The notes beneath the pieces are model-generated. The model did no database searches and had not been told where the DNA came from. It saw nothing but the letters and a program-made list of their open reading frames with translations. A stretch of DNA of 64,000 bases from an uncultured Spirochaetota bacterium (GTDB lineage Bacteria; Spirochaetota; UBA4802; UBA5550). Shown here piece after piece: positions 38,831 through 47,311 of this stretch. Location: positions 617,924 to 681,923 of the forward strand of contig CAWHAA010000005.1 of NCBI GenBank assembly GCA_963827275.1, read 5' to 3'. Each line of letters opens with the position of its first letter. Position 1 is the first letter of the stretch. The position numbers were made by a program, and so were the translations under genes.

Positions 38831-39073
38831 GAAGAGCCTCAAAATTTTGATGCGTTACTTGAATAAAATCTTAAACAAGTGTTTAACGACATAATATAAA
38901 ATGTCAATTTTTTTATGCCCCCTATATGCCGCGCGGAATCTTTTGTTTTATACAAAAATACATGACCAAATTATAGATTTGTCATGTATGATAAAAACAT
39001 AGATGCCCAGGATAATTTTAAAATAGAAAAATCCTGTGACAAAATAAAAAACCACCGGCGGGGGGCCGGCGGC
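38831..39073. repeat. Conserved non-coding cassette R2, near-identical copy of R1
   Basis: Same sequence as R1 with about 10 substitutions. Its terminator hairpin CCACCGGCgggggGCCGGCGG lies 26 bp after the stop of the gene at 39101-40849. The same palindrome is at about 38948-38975. Confidence 0.8.
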
Positions 39074-39100
39074 TGTTAACGAAACAATAAACAAGATGGG

Positions 39101-40849
39101 TTATCTTGAAATTTTAAACTTCATATTAAACTTATAATCCTGCGGTGTTCCCACGGTAGCATTCCCCGGAACGCCAGCCGCCATTTGACCCGGATATCTC
39201 GTTGCATTCGATGATGATACTATGCAACTATGGCTTGGGATAGCCGGAAATGTGGTCGCCGTGGTACCCAGCCAGACAGCAAGATTACTAGTACCATTAT
39301 AGATAAACGGTTGTGTCAGCGGGATTTCGATCCAGTCACCCTGTACAAGACCGGCAGGCATTGAAAAGAAACCGTTAAGCGCAATCAACTGGTCATTAAA
39401 GTTACCAGCAGCAGGGTCCGCCACCAGAGGATCCGCGCTGCTGTGTCCAATAATAACCCGATAATTGTTATAGGTTGTCGCAGTTGATGATGGACTGTTC
39501 AAGCGGCAGGCAATAGAAGTAATGGTGCCGGCCGAGCCCAGCTCCGTGGCACGGTACAGGGTTAACCTGCCTTCTGCATTTGTGGAAAATGGCATGCTGG
39601 TTGACGAACCACTGGCAGTTATAACGTCCATGGTGCCGCCGGCGAAGCGGAGTACCGGTTCAAATGCGCGCTGTCGAATGGTACCGGTAGGACTTAATGG
39701 ATTTGTTGAAGATACAACACGATATGGTATAATATTATTGTATTGAAGCAAGTAACTACCCGAATCGACAATACATGTTATATCTATCAACAGATTACTT
39801 GTTCCGTCATAAAAAAAACGACTTTTATTAAAAGGTATCCAGACAGTTGACGGTTGTTCAGCAGGCACAGTGTATGCGATATCCTGTGCTACGATAACCG
39901 GGGCATTATCGCCATAATTATCAGTAAATGTGGTAACAAGACCCGTTGTGGAAACAGGAACATGAGCAACACTTACAGTCATATTTGAAACAACAGTTAA
40001 AGCAGTAACACTGTACGGATGCAAAGCCAAGCCCGTAATCAATCCGCTGCCATTAATATCAGATGCCAAGATAAGCATCTGAGTACGTCCAGTTGTACCA
40101 GGTGCCAATGTAAGGCCATTTGGTCCAGTTTTATCAGAACAAATCACATTATTTGTCCCGCCCGCGAACTTGAACTTCACATGATGCGGGCTCTGGCTGG
40201 TTTGTGTCGCCGTATCAGGCGTGGCGCTGCTTGTGCTGTACACCCTGCCGGTATACGGGACCGCCCCGGCGCCGGTTGTGAGCCGGACCCCGCCGGTGCA
40301 GGCCGACGTCCGGGTGATATCGACCACGAGATTGTCCACCCCGTTGTAATTGAACCGGGTATCGAGCGGTATTTCAAAATATTCCCCCGCGGCGCCCGCG
40401 GGGATGCTCACCGCCCTGTCCAGGACCGTCACGGCAGAGCCCTTGCCCTGGTTGACGTTCGAGGTCATATCCGTATTGAGCGCGGGAACAGAAGAATGCC
40501 CGAGCCTGATGGTGACGCGCGGACAGGAGAGCGCCTGGCTGTTTTCATAGTACCGGAAGTAGATGGACGCGATATTGCCGGACCCGGCGATGTCCGCAGG
40601 CAGGTACAGGAACTGGTAGTGGCGGAACTCCTCCCCGTTGAACGGGCCCAGGATGGAGCTGGTCGGGTTGCTCAGCGCGACCGTCTTGATAAAATTCGGC
40701 CCGCCGGAGAGGCCGAGCAGGGCCAGCATGGAATTGTCTTCTTTTTCCCTGTTGCAGACGGTCAGTGCGAGCAACGAAACAATCAATGTGAATAATGCCA
40801 TATATAGCTTTTTCATGACCTTCCCCCATGTTGATGCGCATATGCCCAC
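39101..40849 (-). CDS. Large surface lipoprotein (paralog B of 37069-38802)
   Basis: 582 aa. Lipobox MKKLYMALFTLIVSLLALTVCNR. Shares the MLALLGLSGG, NVNQGKG..TVLD and FNYNGVDNLVVD repeat-domain blocks with paralog A at roughly 35-40% identity. Ribosome-binding site GGGGGAAGG. Confidence 0.6.
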   Translation of the reverse strand: MGICASTWGKVMKKLYMALFTLIVSLLALTVCNREKEDNSMLALLGLSGGPNFIKTVALSNPTSSILGPFNGEEFRHYQFLYLPADIAGSGNIASIYFRYYENSQALSCPRVTIRLGHSSVPALNTDMTSNVNQGKGSAVTVLDRAVSIPAGAAGEYFEIPLDTRFNYNGVDNLVVDITRTSACTGGVRLTTGAGAVPYTGRVYSTSSATPDTATQTSQSPHHVKFKFAGGTNNVICSDKTGPNGLTLAPGTTGRTQMLILASDINGSGLITGLALHPYSVTALTVVSNMTVSVAHVPVSTTGLVTTFTDNYGDNAPVIVAQDIAYTVPAEQPSTVWIPFNKSRFFYDGTSNLLIDITCIVDSGSYLLQYNNIIPYRVVSSTNPLSPTGTIRQRAFEPVLRFAGGTMDVITASGSSTSMPFSTNAEGRLTLYRATELGSAGTITSIACRLNSPSSTATTYNNYRVIIGHSSADPLVADPAAGNFNDQLIALNGFFSMPAGLVQGDWIEIPLTQPFIYNGTSNLAVWLGTTATTFPAIPSHSCIVSSSNATRYPGQMAAGVPGNATVGTPQDYKFNMKFKISR

Positions 40850-40952
40850 CGCGGGTCAGCGACCGCGGCTGTTATGTAGCCGGTTTGGATTTTTGTAATC
40901 TTGACATGATATTCATTTTCGTCAACACTTTACTGGCGGGGCAGTGGGTTTG

Positions 40953-41075
40953 TTTACTCTGACCCCCCGGTTTCCTGCGTTGCTTACTCTGACCCCAGTG
41001 CTTTTCCTGCGAGCCGGCGATAGTTATCGGTAGATTCCGAACTCTGACACCGTATTATTGTTTACTCTGACCCCC
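40953..41075. repeat. Cluster of short dispersed repeats: 3-4 copies of TTACTCTGACCCC plus one CGATAGTTATCGG
   Basis: TTTACTCTGACCCCCC 40953-40968; TTACTCTGACCCC 40984-40996; CGATAGTTATCGG 41018-41030; degenerate AACTCTGACACC 41039-41050; TTTACTCTGACCCCC 41061-41075. Two copies are followed by TTT(T)CCTGCG. The cluster is in the divergent intergenic region between lipoprotein B and the FadL-like outer-membrane protein gene. Confidence 0.6.
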
Positions 41076-41300
41076 TTGTTTTCATAATAATTTATTTTTT
41101 ATATACATAAAATGATAAAAAATAATATTTTACTGGACTCTTCCATAGAAAATCGCTATTATTAGTGGTTTGGGTAGAATGGGTTGCATTATTAGAAGGT
41201 AACAATATAAAAGAACAAACGCTCTAATGATGCGAGCTATGTTCCTGTGCAATCGGGCCCTTATTGTGCGGTACAAGTCGCATCATAGCAATGTGTTGTA

Positions 41301-43091
41301 ATGAAAAAAATTATAAAGCCACTATCGAAGACCTTCGTGATCTGCCTGGCAGCGATAACTATCCATGCTGCGGCAGCTTCCGCTTCTCCCCTGCATGATG
41401 AGAGTGGCATCATGCCCGAGCACAGCGCGGAATATGTACGCACGCAAAGCAGGAACGCCAGCACTGATGCTGACGCGGTTTTTTACAACCCGGCCGGTTT
41501 GGCTTTCCTGCTCAATGGCGGGATATACCTCATGCTCAACGTCATGAATGAATACCGCCAGCACGATACGTCCGCCACCCTGTGGGGCCTGCAGGGCGTT
41601 GACGCGTATACTCCGGCAACCGCGCCAGGCCGCTACCTTGACAGGGGAACGTATTCCACCCGGTCCATGACGACCATGCCCTCCGACATGGCATTCATTT
41701 ACAAAAGGACCAACTGGGCCGTCTTCTCTTATTTCTCGCTCCTGAACCACATCCCCGGCCAGAACAGCTCACGGGGCCTGTCCTCGCTGGACCGTTCTAC
41801 CGTCGCCTTCAACGCGGTCATGGCCTCGCGGCTGTCGCAGCAGCTGGGCCACATCGCCAGCAGCAGCTACCTGAGCAGGAGCCAGACGGACCTGGGCGTT
41901 ACGGTCGGCGGGACGTTCGCGCCCCTCGACTGGTTCTCGCTGTCGCTGGCCGCCAGGTACCTCTACATGAGCTCAAGCACCGTGCTCGCACACGCGCCAC
42001 TCGACGTCGGCTACTCGGGCGGGATATCGGGAAACGCCTACCAGGTGCCGACCTACATCGATACGGACCTCTCGGGCCACGGGGCCGGCATCATCGCGGG
42101 GCTCGACGTCAGGCCCCGTGAAGAAATCAACATCGGCCTGCGGCTCGAATACTATCCGCCGATGGCGGCGAAAAAGACGACCGAACGCTTCATCGCCAAC
42201 CCGGTCGTGGCGCAAACGGGGGAGCTGAACATATTCTGCGACAGCGTCTGGCCGCTGCTGCTCAATGACCGCGCCGGCAGCATGGGGCAGGTGCTTAACT
42301 TCCTGCTGATGGACCAACGGGCGCTCAAGAACATCGGCAACAGGGTCGCGGTGACCTATCCCGCATCTTTATCGCTCGGATTCTCCTACCTGGCCGCGGG
42401 CGCCGTGAAGCTGTCCACGTCCGTCGATATCACCTTTCCCCGCGCCCGGGACCTTGACGGCCGGGAGCGCGACTGGAACATCGCCGGGTACCGACTGGGC
42501 CAGAGCGTTGAATGGATCATCAACAAGTGGGTCGACGTCAGCGCCGGCTATTCATACCACGATTACGGGATAAAAGCTGCCAGGAGAACGGAGTACAACA
42601 CCCTCCTGCCGAGCCATACCGTGGGCGGCGGCTTCACCATGAAGGTGCTTGACTTCATGAACCTGACTGCGGGCGGCTCATACAGCTTTGAAACTCCCTC
42701 TCGCACCGGCAGCCTGGAGCTGATACGCTCGACCCTCATGGGCGACCAGTTCGCCTACGGCATGGCGCAATCAGGGCGGCACACGGGCAGCTCGTGGCGC
42801 ATCTCGCTGGGCGTTTCCTTCTCGATCTTCCCGGTATCGGCGGAACACATACGGAGGGCGGAGGAGCATTACTGGAAAGGAATGTCTAATTATCTGTCCG
42901 ATGACATCGATTCCGCCATCGACGAGTTCAAGGCGGCAAAGTTCAACAACCTGTACTACCGGGACGTTGACAGGAAGATCCGGGACCTCACGGAATTAAA
43001 ACAACTGATTGGCAGGAACAAACAGCAACAGGAAGAAGACAAGAATGATGCCGAGAGAAAAAACAGCAAAAGGAACAGGGGCACCGAATAG
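41301..43091 (+). CDS. Outer-membrane beta-barrel protein (FadL/TodX-like hatch motif) with about 100-aa charged C-terminal extension
   Basis: Signal peptide MKKIIKPLSKTFVICLAAITIHAAAASA. AVFYNPAGLAFL resembles the FadL N-terminal NPA hatch motif. The last strand is ...WRISLGVSFSIF, followed by a helical, Lys/Glu-rich tail (EHIRRAEEHYWKGMSNYLSDDIDSAIDEFKAAKF...). Confidence 0.5.
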   Translation: MKKIIKPLSKTFVICLAAITIHAAAASASPLHDESGIMPEHSAEYVRTQSRNASTDADAVFYNPAGLAFLLNGGIYLMLNVMNEYRQHDTSATLWGLQGVDAYTPATAPGRYLDRGTYSTRSMTTMPSDMAFIYKRTNWAVFSYFSLLNHIPGQNSSRGLSSLDRSTVAFNAVMASRLSQQLGHIASSSYLSRSQTDLGVTVGGTFAPLDWFSLSLAARYLYMSSSTVLAHAPLDVGYSGGISGNAYQVPTYIDTDLSGHGAGIIAGLDVRPREEINIGLRLEYYPPMAAKKTTERFIANPVVAQTGELNIFCDSVWPLLLNDRAGSMGQVLNFLLMDQRALKNIGNRVAVTYPASLSLGFSYLAAGAVKLSTSVDITFPRARDLDGRERDWNIAGYRLGQSVEWIINKWVDVSAGYSYHDYGIKAARRTEYNTLLPSHTVGGGFTMKVLDFMNLTAGGSYSFETPSRTGSLELIRSTLMGDQFAYGMAQSGRHTGSSWRISLGVSFSIFPVSAEHIRRAEEHYWKGMSNYLSDDIDSAIDEFKAAKFNNLYYRDVDRKIRDLTELKQLIGRNKQQQEEDKNDAERKNSKRNRGTE

Positions 43092-43110
43092 CATACCGGG
43101 AGGTCTGGTT

Positions 43111-45114
43111 ATGAAGCAAAGGATATTTTACATGATCATGATAAGCCTGCTCGGCCTGAACGGGTGCACAAACTATCTCGAGGGCAACCGGGATACCCAG
43201 CTGCTCTACGCGGCCTTTTTCAGCACGGCGCCGGTGCTGAACCCGCTTGTGATCGCCGGCACATCGAACAATTTCATTACCCTGGCCCGGCCGACATTTG
43301 TCGTTGCCGGAAGTCCCGCGCCGTCGGTCGAAGCGTACATCGGGCTGGACGACGGGAGCATGACTATTTCGGGAACGACGGTGACCGGCGCCATAGAGGG
43401 CCCGGTCGACGTTTCAGCCGCTCCGTACCAGTTTAACACCGGCCTGTCGCCAGACACCATTTATCGCATCTATGTCGTGGCGATAAACCCCAATGGCTAT
43501 TCCGTCAGGACCATCACACAGAGTACTTCGCATATCGTGCCGGTGCTGGATCCCCTGGTGATGAGCATTCCGCCAACATCCGATACAATAACCCTGGACC
43601 AGCCGACTTTCTCGACTGCGGGCAACCCCCTGCCCACGGTTGAGGCGTATATCGGCTATGCCGGGGGAGCAACGCCCATATCCATAACACCGGCGGCCAC
43701 CGGCTATACCGTTGCCAACGATCTCCAGGGCCCGGTGGACGTTTCCGCCGGCGGATGTCAGTTCACCGGCCTCGCGAACAATACCCTCTACCGGGTTTAC
43801 GTGGTGGCGCAGAACATGGATGTGAGCGGTACATACCACCAGTCGATCGAGTTTATCGACGAGAGCACTTATGGGATAGCGCCGGTCATGGACGCGCTGG
43901 TGACAACGACGATTCCGCCGACAACAGACACGATAACACTGGACCAGCCGACGTTCTCGACTGCGGGGAACCCCCTGCCAGCGGTGAGCGCGTATATCGG
44001 CGTGGACGGCTTCATTTCAGTCGCGGGAACCGCGGTAAGCGGCGCCACCCAGGGACCGATCGACGTGTCATCAGCTGACTACACCTTCACCGGCCTTGCA
44101 AATGACACGACCTACCGGATCATCGTGGTGGCGCAGAACGTTATCGGTTCCTCGGTACAGCAGGCGACGCAGAGCACGACGGGCATCGCGCCGGCGATGA
44201 ACGCGCTGGTCACGACCACCATCCCGCCCACAACAGACACGATAACACTGGACCAGCCGACATTTGCCACTGGGGGCAACCCGGTCCCGACGGTGCGGGC
44301 CTATATCGGCATTGATGGATTCATAACGGTCGCAGGGACCACGGTAAGCGGCGCAGACCAGGGGCCTGTCAATGTGGCAGCGGCAGGCTGTACCTTCACC
44401 GGCCTGGCCAACGACACGACCTACCGGATCATCGTGGTGGCTGAAAACAGCGTCGGCTCATCGGTGCAGCAGGCGACGCAGAGCACCGGGGGCATAGCGC
44501 CGGTAATGGAAGCACTGGTCATAACAACGGTTTCACCCACGATTGACACAATTACCCTGGACCAGCCGACGTTTACCACCGGAGGAAACCCGGCGCCTAC
44601 TGTCAAAGCCTACATCGGTATTGATGGCTTTATTTCAGTCGCGGGGACCGTGGTGACCGGCGCAGACCAGGGACCGATCAACGCGGCATCTGGAGGTTAC
44701 ACCTTTACCGGCCTGGACAATGACACGACCTACCGGATCATTGTGGTGGCCGAAAATACCTTCGGCTCTTCGGTACAGCAGACGACGCAGAGCACGGTGG
44801 GTATCGCTCCGGTGATGGACACGCTGGTCACGACCACTATCCCACCGACCACAGACACGATCACACTGGACCTGCCGACGTTTACCACCGGGGGCAACCC
44901 GGCGCCGACGGTCAAAGCATACATCGGTATTGACGGCTTTATTTCAGTCGTGGGGACAGTGGTGACCGGCGCAGACGAGGGGCCGATCAATGTAGCGTCA
45001 GCCGGATACGCGTTCACGGGACTGACAAACGGCACCACCTACCGGATCATCGTGGTGGCCGAGAACAGCGCGGGTTCTTCAGTACAGCAGGCAACAGAGA
45101 CCACGCTGCCGTGA
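43111..45114 (+). CDS. Repetitive surface lipoprotein with about six tandem FN3-like repeats
   Basis: Start at ATG 43111 (ribosome-binding site GGGAGGT; lipobox MKQRIFYMIMISLLGLNGCTN). The ORF track's start at 43009 overlaps the upstream gene. About 100-aa units (IAPVMDALVTTTIPPTTDTITLDQPTFSTAGNPLPAVSAYIGVDGFISVAGTAVSGATQGPIDVSSADYTFTGLANDTTYRIIVVAQNVIGSSVQQATQST) repeat about 6 times at high DNA identity. Confidence 0.65.
   Translation: MKQRIFYMIMISLLGLNGCTNYLEGNRDTQLLYAAFFSTAPVLNPLVIAGTSNNFITLARPTFVVAGSPAPSVEAYIGLDDGSMTISGTTVTGAIEGPVDVSAAPYQFNTGLSPDTIYRIYVVAINPNGYSVRTITQSTSHIVPVLDPLVMSIPPTSDTITLDQPTFSTAGNPLPTVEAYIGYAGGATPISITPAATGYTVANDLQGPVDVSAGGCQFTGLANNTLYRVYVVAQNMDVSGTYHQSIEFIDESTYGIAPVMDALVTTTIPPTTDTITLDQPTFSTAGNPLPAVSAYIGVDGFISVAGTAVSGATQGPIDVSSADYTFTGLANDTTYRIIVVAQNVIGSSVQQATQSTTGIAPAMNALVTTTIPPTTDTITLDQPTFATGGNPVPTVRAYIGIDGFITVAGTTVSGADQGPVNVAAAGCTFTGLANDTTYRIIVVAENSVGSSVQQATQSTGGIAPVMEALVITTVSPTIDTITLDQPTFTTGGNPAPTVKAYIGIDGFISVAGTVVTGADQGPINAASGGYTFTGLDNDTTYRIIVVAENTFGSSVQQTTQSTVGIAPVMDTLVTTTIPPTTDTITLDLPTFTTGGNPAPTVKAYIGIDGFISVVGTVVTGADEGPINVASAGYAFTGLTNGTTYRIIVVAENSAGSSVQQATETTLP
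43250..45110 (+). repeat. Intragenic tandem repeat (about 300-bp unit x about 6) encoding the FN3-like modules
   Basis: Near-identical DNA blocks are visible. For example GACACGATAACACTGGACCAGCCGAC recurs at about 43926, 44236, 44536 and 44850. Confidence 0.7.
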
Positions 45115-45247
45115 CGCGGCGGGGCCGCAGGCAAATTTACCTGCGCCGAAAATTAATTTCTTGCCATAATCCCGCCCGGTGGCGTATTCTTTAATCCGCC
45201 TGCGGCCCCGCGGCCGCAGGAACATCTATCCATACCAGGAAGCTGCC

Positions 45248-46003
45248 ATGCCGAAAATCAAGGCCATCACCTTCGACCTGTGGGACACCGTCATCCGCGA
45301 CGATTCGGACGAGCCGAAGCGGAAGGCGGCGGGGCGGCCATCGAAAAAAGAGGAGCGCAGGGAGCTGGTGCACCGCTTCTGCTCCGCGCACGGGCACCTG
45401 TCCCGCGAGCTGGTCAACGGCGTGTACGACGCAGCGGACGCAGCCTTCAACAAGGCGTGGAAGGACCAGCATGTCACCTGGACCGTGAAGGAGCGGCTGG
45501 AGATCGTGCTGAAGGGCCTGGGCCGCACCCTCCCCGACATCGAGCTCGCGGAGCTGGTGCGCCTCCACGAGGAGATGGAGCTCGAGTTCCGGCCGGACAT
45601 CGTCCCCGGCGTCGGGGAGGCGCTGAAGCAGCTCCATGAAAAATACCGGCTGGGCGTGATCTCGGACGCGATCTTCACGCCGGGAAGGGCGCTGCGCATG
45701 ATCCTTTCCGACGCGGGGCTCTTCGGCTATTTCGAGCAGTTCATCTTCTCCGACGAGACGGGCAGGTCAAAGCCCGACCCGATGGCCTTCCAGGACGCCA
45801 TCGACGCTTTCGGCATCAAGCCCGGGGAGCTGGCGCACATCGGCGACCGCGAGCACAATGATATCGACGGCCCGCACCGGGCCGGGGCGCGGGCGGTCCT
45901 CTGCACCGCCGCCATCGACCGGGGAAGCGCCGGCACGAAGGCGGAGGCCGTGTTCGGTGATTACCGGGAGCTCCCGGACATCATAGAAAAAATCAGCCGG
46001 TAA
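45248..46003 (+). CDS. HAD-superfamily hydrolase (subfamily IA)
   Basis: MPKIKAITFDLWDTVI (motif I DxD/DxWD), GVISDA (motif II region), K...GDREHNDIDG (motifs III/IV). Ribosome-binding site AGGAAG. Confidence 0.8.
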   Translation: MPKIKAITFDLWDTVIRDDSDEPKRKAAGRPSKKEERRELVHRFCSAHGHLSRELVNGVYDAADAAFNKAWKDQHVTWTVKERLEIVLKGLGRTLPDIELAELVRLHEEMELEFRPDIVPGVGEALKQLHEKYRLGVISDAIFTPGRALRMILSDAGLFGYFEQFIFSDETGRSKPDPMAFQDAIDAFGIKPGELAHIGDREHNDIDGPHRAGARAVLCTAAIDRGSAGTKAEAVFGDYRELPDIIEKISR

Positions 46004-46012
46004 GGAGGCACC

Positions 46013-46915
46013 ATGGCGGGAACACACCGAATCCTCATCATAGACGGGTACCCCAAGCCGAGCAGGGACGACTTTGACACGGCGGGCATGAAGTACGCCG
46101 GCGAGCTCTACGCCGACATGCTCCTCACCTACCTGCCCGGCGCACACTATGACATCCTGTACACGAGCGACCCGGGCGTGACGATCCCCGATGTAAAAGC
46201 GCTCTCCGCGTATGAAGGCGTGCTCTGGCCCGGATGCAACCTCACGGTGTACCATACCGACGACGCGCGGGTGAAGACCATGATCGAACTGTGCGACCGC
46301 GCGTTCGAGGCGGGGCTCCCGCAGTTCGGCACCTGCTGGGGGATACAGCTCCCGGTGTTCGTCGCCGGCGGCGAGGTGAAGGCCAACCCCAAGGGCAGGG
46401 AGATGGGGATCGGCAGGAAGATCAGGCTCACCGACGAGGGGAAAGACCACCCCATGATGGAGGGCAAGCCGGAAGTGTACAGCCATTTCGTGAGCCACGA
46501 CGACGAGGTGACGCGGCTTCCCCGCGGCTCGGTGCTCCTTTCGGGGAACGATTTCTCCGCGGTGCAGGCGGCCGAGATACGCTACAAGAAGGGCGTGTTC
46601 TGGGGGCTCCAGTACCACCCCGAGTACGACCTGCTCCAGATGGCGCGACTGATGGTGGCGCGCGAGAAGAAGCTCACCGAGCTCGGCTTCTTCAGGGGCC
46701 ATGACGACTTCGCGGAGTACGTCGGCAGGCTGGAGGCGCTCAGCGCCGAACCGGGCCGCAAGGACCTGCGCTGGCAGCTCGGGATCGACGACGACATCCT
46801 CTCCGCCGACATCCGGCAGTGCGAATTCAGGAACTGGATAAACAATTTCATACTTGGAAAATCAACGGAACGGAGGCGACATGTCCGTACATCATTACAG
46901 CAAAGAGGCAACTGA
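46013..46915 (+). CDS. Class I glutamine amidotransferase-like domain protein
   Basis: 300 aa. ILIIDGYPK...GVLWPGC...FGTCWGIQ has the catalytic Cys in GTCWG...HPEYD, typical of GATase1-like folds. Confidence 0.65.
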   Translation: MAGTHRILIIDGYPKPSRDDFDTAGMKYAGELYADMLLTYLPGAHYDILYTSDPGVTIPDVKALSAYEGVLWPGCNLTVYHTDDARVKTMIELCDRAFEAGLPQFGTCWGIQLPVFVAGGEVKANPKGREMGIGRKIRLTDEGKDHPMMEGKPEVYSHFVSHDDEVTRLPRGSVLLSGNDFSAVQAAEIRYKKGVFWGLQYHPEYDLLQMARLMVAREKKLTELGFFRGHDDFAEYVGRLEALSAEPGRKDLRWQLGIDDDILSADIRQCEFRNWINNFILGKSTERRRHVRTSLQQRGN

Positions 46916-47276
46916 AGCCCTGAAAGCGGCTTCGACTGACGGGGAACTGGCGTGCGCGCTGGCATTCAAGATCGGGGCGGAGCACAACACCTCTCCCGAA
47001 GATATCGGGAAAATCCTTGATCTCGAGGAAATTGATATCGCCAAGTGCCAGCTGGGTCTCTTCGGGTACAAGCCGGATAAAAAGATCGTCCAGCCGGCGA
47101 TATCCGTTCCCGATGGATTAAAGAAGGAGATCACCGCCGCGCTTGCGGACGGCAGGCTGTCCTGCGAAAAGGCGTGGGCAATTGCCGGCAGGCTGCGCAT
47201 ATCGAAGATGGATGTTGCCGCTGCGTGCGAAAACATGGGTATCAAGATCAAGCCGTGCCAGTTAGGCGCGTTTTAA
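46881..47276 (+). CDS. Hypothetical protein with two internal repeats ending in CQLG(L/A)F
   Basis: About 131 aa from MSVHHYSK. Repeat 1: ACALAFKIGAEHNTSPEDIGKILDLEEIDIAKCQLGLFG. Repeat 2: SCEKAWAIAGRLRISKMDVAAACENMGIKIKPCQLGAF. It overlaps the 3' end of the GATase gene. Confidence 0.4.
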   Translation: MSVHHYSKEATEALKAASTDGELACALAFKIGAEHNTSPEDIGKILDLEEIDIAKCQLGLFGYKPDKKIVQPAISVPDGLKKEITAALADGRLSCEKAWAIAGRLRISKMDVAAACENMGIKIKPCQLGAF

Positions 47277-47286
47277 CGCCTCTATC

Positions 47287-47300
47287 CCGATAGTTATCGG
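47287..47300. repeat. Perfect copy of the inverted-repeat motif CCGATAGTTATCGG between convergent genes
   Basis: CCGATA gt TATCGG lies 11 bp after the stop at 47276 and 12 bp before the dapL stop (47312). Just upstream there is also a GGCGCGTTTTAACGCC palindrome. Confidence 0.7.
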
Positions 47301-47311
47301 CGCAACCCGCA

